Of a DNA stretch of 36,833 nucleotides, positions 32,737 through 36,833 are shown one piece after another; within the stretch, counting starts at the first letter, position 1; each line of letters starts with the position of its first letter. Source of the stretch: a virus. Taxonomy: Duplodnaviria > Caudoviricetes. Below the pieces are notes generated by a model. The model had not been told where the DNA came from. It worked only from the letters and a program-made list of their open reading frames with translations, and did no database searches. The stretch is from IMG/VR virus record IMGVR_UViG_3300033067_001808, positions 1-36,833 of that record; one strand, 5' to 3'. The position numbers and the translations under genes are program-made.

Positions 32737-33080
32737 TCCCAGAGCTTCCAGGGCTGGCCCGCCAGCTCGCCGACTATCACGCGGCGGCCATCGCGACGCC
32801 ACCTCCGCCGCCGAAGCGCGAGACCGAGCGCAAGCGCCTGGGGCCGAAGCCGGCCCGCCCGCCCTCGATCCGCGCCCAGGTGATCGGCGTATTCGAGCAG
32901 GCCGGCGGCAAGTGGCTGCACATGCCTACGATCCGCGAGCGGGTCGGGGCCAGCGCCGAACGCGCGCGCACCATCCGCGCCGAGGTCTGCGAGCTGCACC
33001 GCGACGGCTACCTGCTGCGCATGGGCGAGCCGGGCTCGTATGCCTACCGTCTGCCGTTGGCGGGAAAGGGCCGGCGATGA
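32733..33080 (+). CDS. Winged-helix protein
   Basis: IRAQVIGVFEQ...IRAEVCELHRDGYLLRMG..GSYAYRL. Confidence 0.55.
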   Translation: MIPELPGLARQLADYHAAAIATPPPPPKRETERKRLGPKPARPPSIRAQVIGVFEQAGGKWLHMPTIRERVGASAERARTIRAEVCELHRDGYLLRMGEPGSYAYRLPLAGKGRR

Positions 33081-33295
33081 GCCACGCCACCGAGCGCGGC
33101 TTCGCGCACCTGGAAACGCTGAGCGAGGCGGACCGCGCCCGCGAGCAGGAGATCCGCGAGGCGTTGATCCTGATGTGCGCGGCGCGCACGGCCTACGACC
33201 GCAGCCGCCACTGGCGCCGCGCCGAGGGGCTGATCAAGGGCCGCTCTGCGCAGGCGGTCGCGGCGATCGAGCGCCACCTGGGGCTGGCGGCGTGA
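33077..33295 (+). CDS. Hypothetical protein
   Basis: 72 aa, LIKGRSAQAVAAIERHLGL; ATGA overlap. Confidence 0.6.
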   Translation: MSHATERGFAHLETLSEADRAREQEIREALILMCAARTAYDRSRHWRRAEGLIKGRSAQAVAAIERHLGLAA

Positions 33296-33390
33296 TAGGT
33301 CGGCTGCACCGCTGGCTGTGGCGGCTGGCCTATGCCAGGGCGGAGCGCCGCTACTGGGACGCGGCGGGGCGCTGGAAAGGGGCACGGTGA
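33292..33390 (+). CDS. Very small hypothetical protein
   Basis: 32 aa filling the gap with GTGA overlaps at both ends. Confidence 0.35.
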   Translation: MIGRLHRWLWRLAYARAERRYWDAAGRWKGAR

Positions 33391-35624
33391 TCGATCCGCA
33401 GCAGTTCGCCGCGGTGCCCGCGCGCCTGCGCACGGCTCGCCAATGGCTGATCTGGCGGCTGGAAGCGCATACCGGCGAGAAGAAGCCGCGGAAGGTGCCC
33501 TATTACGCCGACGGCAAGCGGCGCACCGGGCAGCAGGGCTCGGAGGCTGACCGTGCCCGCCTGGTGGACTTCGAGGCAGCGATCGCGGCGGTCGCGGCGC
33601 GCGAGGCCAGCGGCATCGGCTTCGCCTTCCTGCCCGGCGATGGGCTGATCGGCATCGACATCGACGGGGCGATCGACGCCGATACGGGCGAGATTGCCGC
33701 GCGCGCGCAAGCCATCATCGCGGCCTGCGCCTCCTACACCGAGTACTCGCCCTCGCGCCGAGGGGTCCACATCATCGTGGCCGGCGAGTCGGAGACCTTC
33801 AAGAGCAACGACATCGGCCTGGAGGTGTTCTGCGGCCGGCAGTACTTCACCTTCACCGGCGCGGCTTACCCGGGCACGCCGGGCGAGGTGGCGGCAATCG
33901 ACGCGGCGACGCTGCGGCGGCTACGGGCCACGGTGGCGCAGGCGAAGGGCCGGCGCCAGGAGACCGCCGCGGCGCCGGGCACGCCGGAGGTATCGGGGGC
34001 GCAAAAGATGCGCAGCGCGCTCGCCTACCTGTCGCCGGAATGCGGCTACGAGGAGTGGATCGAGGTGGGCATGGCGATCCACGCCGAGCTGGGCGAGGGC
34101 GCCTTCGACGTGTGGGACGCCTGGAGCGCGGGCTCCGGCAAGTACCCGGGCAGCAAGGCGCTGGAGGCGCACTGGAAGAGCTTCTCCCCGGGGCGCGGCA
34201 TCACCGGTGCCACCGTGTTCAAGCGCGCCATGGAGGGCGGCTGGCGGCCGCCGAAACCGGCGAAACCGCTGCCTACACCCGATGCGGCTGGCGCGGAGGG
34301 CGAGAAGACCGAGAAGCCCGCCGGCAAGCCGCGCAAGGCGCGCCCCGGGTTCTGGGGGCAGTTGATCAAGCGCCCGCGCGGCGGGATCGAGGATTGTCGG
34401 GAGAACGTGTTCCTGGTGCTCCACCATCATCCGGACTGGGCCGGGGTGTTGGGGTTCGACGAATTCGCTTTCCGCATCGTCAAGCGCAAGCCCACGCCGT
34501 GGGGCGCACCGCCCGGCGAATGGACGCCGGCGGACGACTACGAGCTGGGCCTGTGGCTGGCGCGCGAACTGGACATCGTGATCAAGGCCGAGGGCAGCCT
34601 GGTGGCCGGCGTGGCGATGGCGGCGCATCGGGCGAAGTTCCACCCGGTGCGCGAGTTCATCGCCGCGCAGCGCTGGGACGCGGTGCCGCGGCTGGACTTC
34701 TGGCTGGTGGAGTGCCTGGGGGTGGCGGACTCGCCCTACGCGCGGCTGGCGGGGCGCTACTTCATCATGGGCATGGTCAACCGGGTGCTGATGCCGGGCT
34801 GCCCGATGCACTACATGCTGATCCTGGAGGGCCGCCAGGGCAAGGGCAAGAGCAGCGCGCTGCGCACGCTGGCGCAGCCGTGGTTCGCCGACACGCCCTT
34901 CAAGCTGGGCGACAAGGACGCGATGTTGAACCTCTCGGGCGCCTGGCTGTACGAGATCGCCGAGATGGACTCCTTCAACCGCGCCGAGACCACGGCGGTG
35001 AAGAGCTTTGTTACCGGGCAGACCGATCGCGTGCGCGAGCCGTACTCGCGGCGATTCGTCGACAAGGCGCGCCAGAGCGTGCTGGCCGGGACGACCAACC
35101 AGCACGAGTACTTCAAGGACAACACGGGCAACCGCCGCTTTTGGCCGGTTTCCGTCGGGGCGCTGGATCTGGAACGCCTGCGCGCCTGGCGCGAGCAACT
35201 GTTCGCCGAGGCCGCGCACCTGCTGGCCGCCGGCCACAAGTACCACCCGACCCGGCAGGAGGAGCTGCTGTACTTCATGCCGGAACAGGAGTCGCGCGAG
35301 ATCGGCGACCCCTGGCTAGACCTGATCGCCGCCTGGTTGAACCTCAACAACGTGTGGCCGCGCCTGACCGCGACCGGCGCACGCGAGGAGCTGACCACGG
35401 CGATGATCATGCGCGAGGCGCTGCACGTGCCATCGGACCGCATCGACAACACTCGGCAGATGGCCATCCGGGTGGGGCTGTGCATGCGCAAGCTGGGATG
35501 GCGCAGGGTGCGCAGCCCGCACGCCAGCGGCGGCCATCGGGCGTGGATCTACGAAGCACCGAAAGCGCGCGAAGAGGCCGCGCAGGACGACGAGGAGCGC
35601 GAGGATGCGATGCTGCCGCTCTAG
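33387..35624 (+). CDS. AEP primase + PriCT-2 + VapE/VirE-type helicase replication protein
   Basis: IGIDID and EYSPSRRGVH (primase); YEEWIEVGMAIH..WDAWS..KY (PriCT-2); GRQGKGKS, YEIAE, GTTN and TGNRRFWPV (helicase). Confidence 0.92.
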   Translation: MIDPQQFAAVPARLRTARQWLIWRLEAHTGEKKPRKVPYYADGKRRTGQQGSEADRARLVDFEAAIAAVAAREASGIGFAFLPGDGLIGIDIDGAIDADTGEIAARAQAIIAACASYTEYSPSRRGVHIIVAGESETFKSNDIGLEVFCGRQYFTFTGAAYPGTPGEVAAIDAATLRRLRATVAQAKGRRQETAAAPGTPEVSGAQKMRSALAYLSPECGYEEWIEVGMAIHAELGEGAFDVWDAWSAGSGKYPGSKALEAHWKSFSPGRGITGATVFKRAMEGGWRPPKPAKPLPTPDAAGAEGEKTEKPAGKPRKARPGFWGQLIKRPRGGIEDCRENVFLVLHHHPDWAGVLGFDEFAFRIVKRKPTPWGAPPGEWTPADDYELGLWLARELDIVIKAEGSLVAGVAMAAHRAKFHPVREFIAAQRWDAVPRLDFWLVECLGVADSPYARLAGRYFIMGMVNRVLMPGCPMHYMLILEGRQGKGKSSALRTLAQPWFADTPFKLGDKDAMLNLSGAWLYEIAEMDSFNRAETTAVKSFVTGQTDRVREPYSRRFVDKARQSVLAGTTNQHEYFKDNTGNRRFWPVSVGALDLERLRAWREQLFAEAAHLLAAGHKYHPTRQEELLYFMPEQESREIGDPWLDLIAAWLNLNNVWPRLTATGAREELTTAMIMREALHVPSDRIDNTRQMAIRVGLCMRKLGWRRVRSPHASGGHRAWIYEAPKAREEAAQDDEEREDAMLPL

Positions 35625-35652
35625 GCACGTGGCTTGCTATGCGCGCCGATCC

Positions 35653-35950
35653 TGTCCCATGTCCCGGGTTTTGTCCCATGTTGCCGGCAAACATGGGACA
35701 GCCGGAGAGCCGCGCCAGCGCTGCGTCTTCGGAATCTGTCCCATGTGTCCCATTGAAATCCTCGCGCGTATACGTGGGCGGGCGCGCGGGGGCGAGGGCG
35801 GGCGCGCACGTATACGCGCGCGAGCGAATTTCATTCTAGACCCTTTCATGAAGAGTTTAGATGGGACATGGGACAAAGCCTTATTTCAAGCGGCACATCT
35901 CATGTCCCATGTTCGTGTCCCATGTTTTGGAGGTGGTCAACATGGGACAG
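35653..35950. repeat. Putative replication origin: iterons plus central palindrome
   Basis: Ten copies of TGTCCCAT in both orientations around an inverted repeat CGCGCGTATACGTG...CACGTATACGCGCG (35761-35824). Confidence 0.8.
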
Positions 35951-36187
35951 CCTAAAGGTTCGATGCGGGAGCAGATGCCGCAGTGCGCCGCCTGGGTCGA
36001 TGAGATCCGGGCCGTCTTCGGCCGCGCCTCGGTCGATGCGGCCATGCGCGCCGAAGGCTTCTACGCCGAGGAGGCCGGCCAGGTGCTCGGCGCCAGGGCC
36101 ACGGGCCGCGCCATCGGCGGCGCCGACCTGGTGACGATCAACGCCAAGCAACGCGAGCGCGAAGCGCAGATCCGGAGCGGCAAGTGA
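35942..36187 (+). CDS. Conserved small phage protein
   Basis: GGAGGT RBS; MREQMPQCAAWVDEIRAVFG...FYAEEAGQVLG. Confidence 0.7.
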   Translation: MGQPKGSMREQMPQCAAWVDEIRAVFGRASVDAAMRAEGFYAEEAGQVLGARATGRAIGGADLVTINAKQREREAQIRSGK

Positions 36188-36833
36188 TCACCATCAGCGT
36201 CAAGCACAACTTCCCGGAGGTGCAGCGCGCTCTCCGAGAGATGGGTAAGCAGGCGAGGTTCGCAGCGGCAAAAGCACTGACGCACACTGCGCAGCAGTTG
36301 AAGAAAGACGTAGTGGACGACATGCGCCGGCAGTTCGATCGTCCTACGCCGTTCGTGCTCAAGTCGCTGTTCGTCAGCCCGGCCACCAAGCAGAACCTGT
36401 CTGCTGCGGTTTTCCTGAAAGACCGCAGCGCCGGATCTGATCCGGCCACGCACTACCTTGGACATCAGTTTGCAGGTGGTGGCCGATCGCTGAAAGCGGC
36501 AGAGCGCCTTCTGTTGTCGCGAGGATTCCTTGCTCAGGGCGAGTTCCTTGTACCTGGTGGAGGCGCTCGACTCGACGCCTACGGCAACATGTCGAGAGGG
36601 CAGATAGTCCAGATCCTTAGCCAGATCGGCATCAAGCGTGCCGGCTTCGACAGCACGCCAACCAAGAGCAAGCGCAGTCGGCGCAACGTTAAGCGCGCCG
36701 GCCGCATCTTCTGGTCTTTCGGCCCGGGCTCGATAGGTCCGGGCGCATTCAAGGGCAAGATCAAGTTCGACGAGTTGGGCTACTTCGGCCGCGAGCAGCA
36801 CCTGCCGAAGGGTGCCTGGGTCGATACCGGCCC
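36184..36833 (+). CDS. Tail completion / gpZ-like protein, truncated by window end
   Basis: Not in the ORF track; hand translation from GTG 36184 gives MITISVKHNFPEVQRALREMGKQARFAAAKALTHTA...FDRPTPFVLKSLFVSPATK. Confidence 0.75.
   Translation, partial: MITISVKHNFPEVQRALREMGKQARFAAAKALTHTAQQLKKDVVDDMRRQFDRPTPFVLKSLFVSPATKQNLSAAVFLKDRSAGSDPATHYLGHQFAGGGRSLKAAERLLLSRGFLAQGEFLVPGGGARLDAYGNMSRGQIVQILSQIGIKRAGFDSTPTKSKRSRRNVKRAGRIFWSFGPGSIGPGAFKGKIKFDELGYFGREQHLPKGAWVDTG

Noticed and set aside
35653-35950. CRISPR array
   Set aside because: Repeats are 8-10 bp, in both orientations and irregularly spaced, which fits iterons
36061-36801. 246-aa minus-strand ORF
   Set aside because: It is antisense to the gpZ-like gene, which has recognisable motifs and operon coupling

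Overview
The window looks like a nearly complete, GC-rich temperate siphophage genome read in virion/circular order; a betaproteobacterial host is a guess. The order is: terminase, lambda-type portal, protease-capsid fusion, expanded neck cluster, non-contractile tail, small membrane genes with no recognisable endolysin, intact attP and integrase, leftward early operon, cI/cro switch, TcmP-HNH-ParB/DUF5131 module, primase-helicase with an iteron origin, and a gpZ-like gene cut off by the window end. Five signals stand out. (1) An integron-type gene cassette bounded by attC-like sites sits in the early operon, with its gene antisense to the usual cassette orientation and no IntI in the window. 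(2) A c4-like structured RNA has a loop complementary to the ribosome-binding site of a methyltransferase-glycosyltransferase fusion directly after the major capsid gene, a possible virion glycosylation system. (3) There is a putative radical-SAM/methyltransferase DNA-modification module. (4) Two neck-region genes carry Sec signal peptides. (5) No lysis enzyme is visible. All family calls are from motif recognition by eye; no database search was run.
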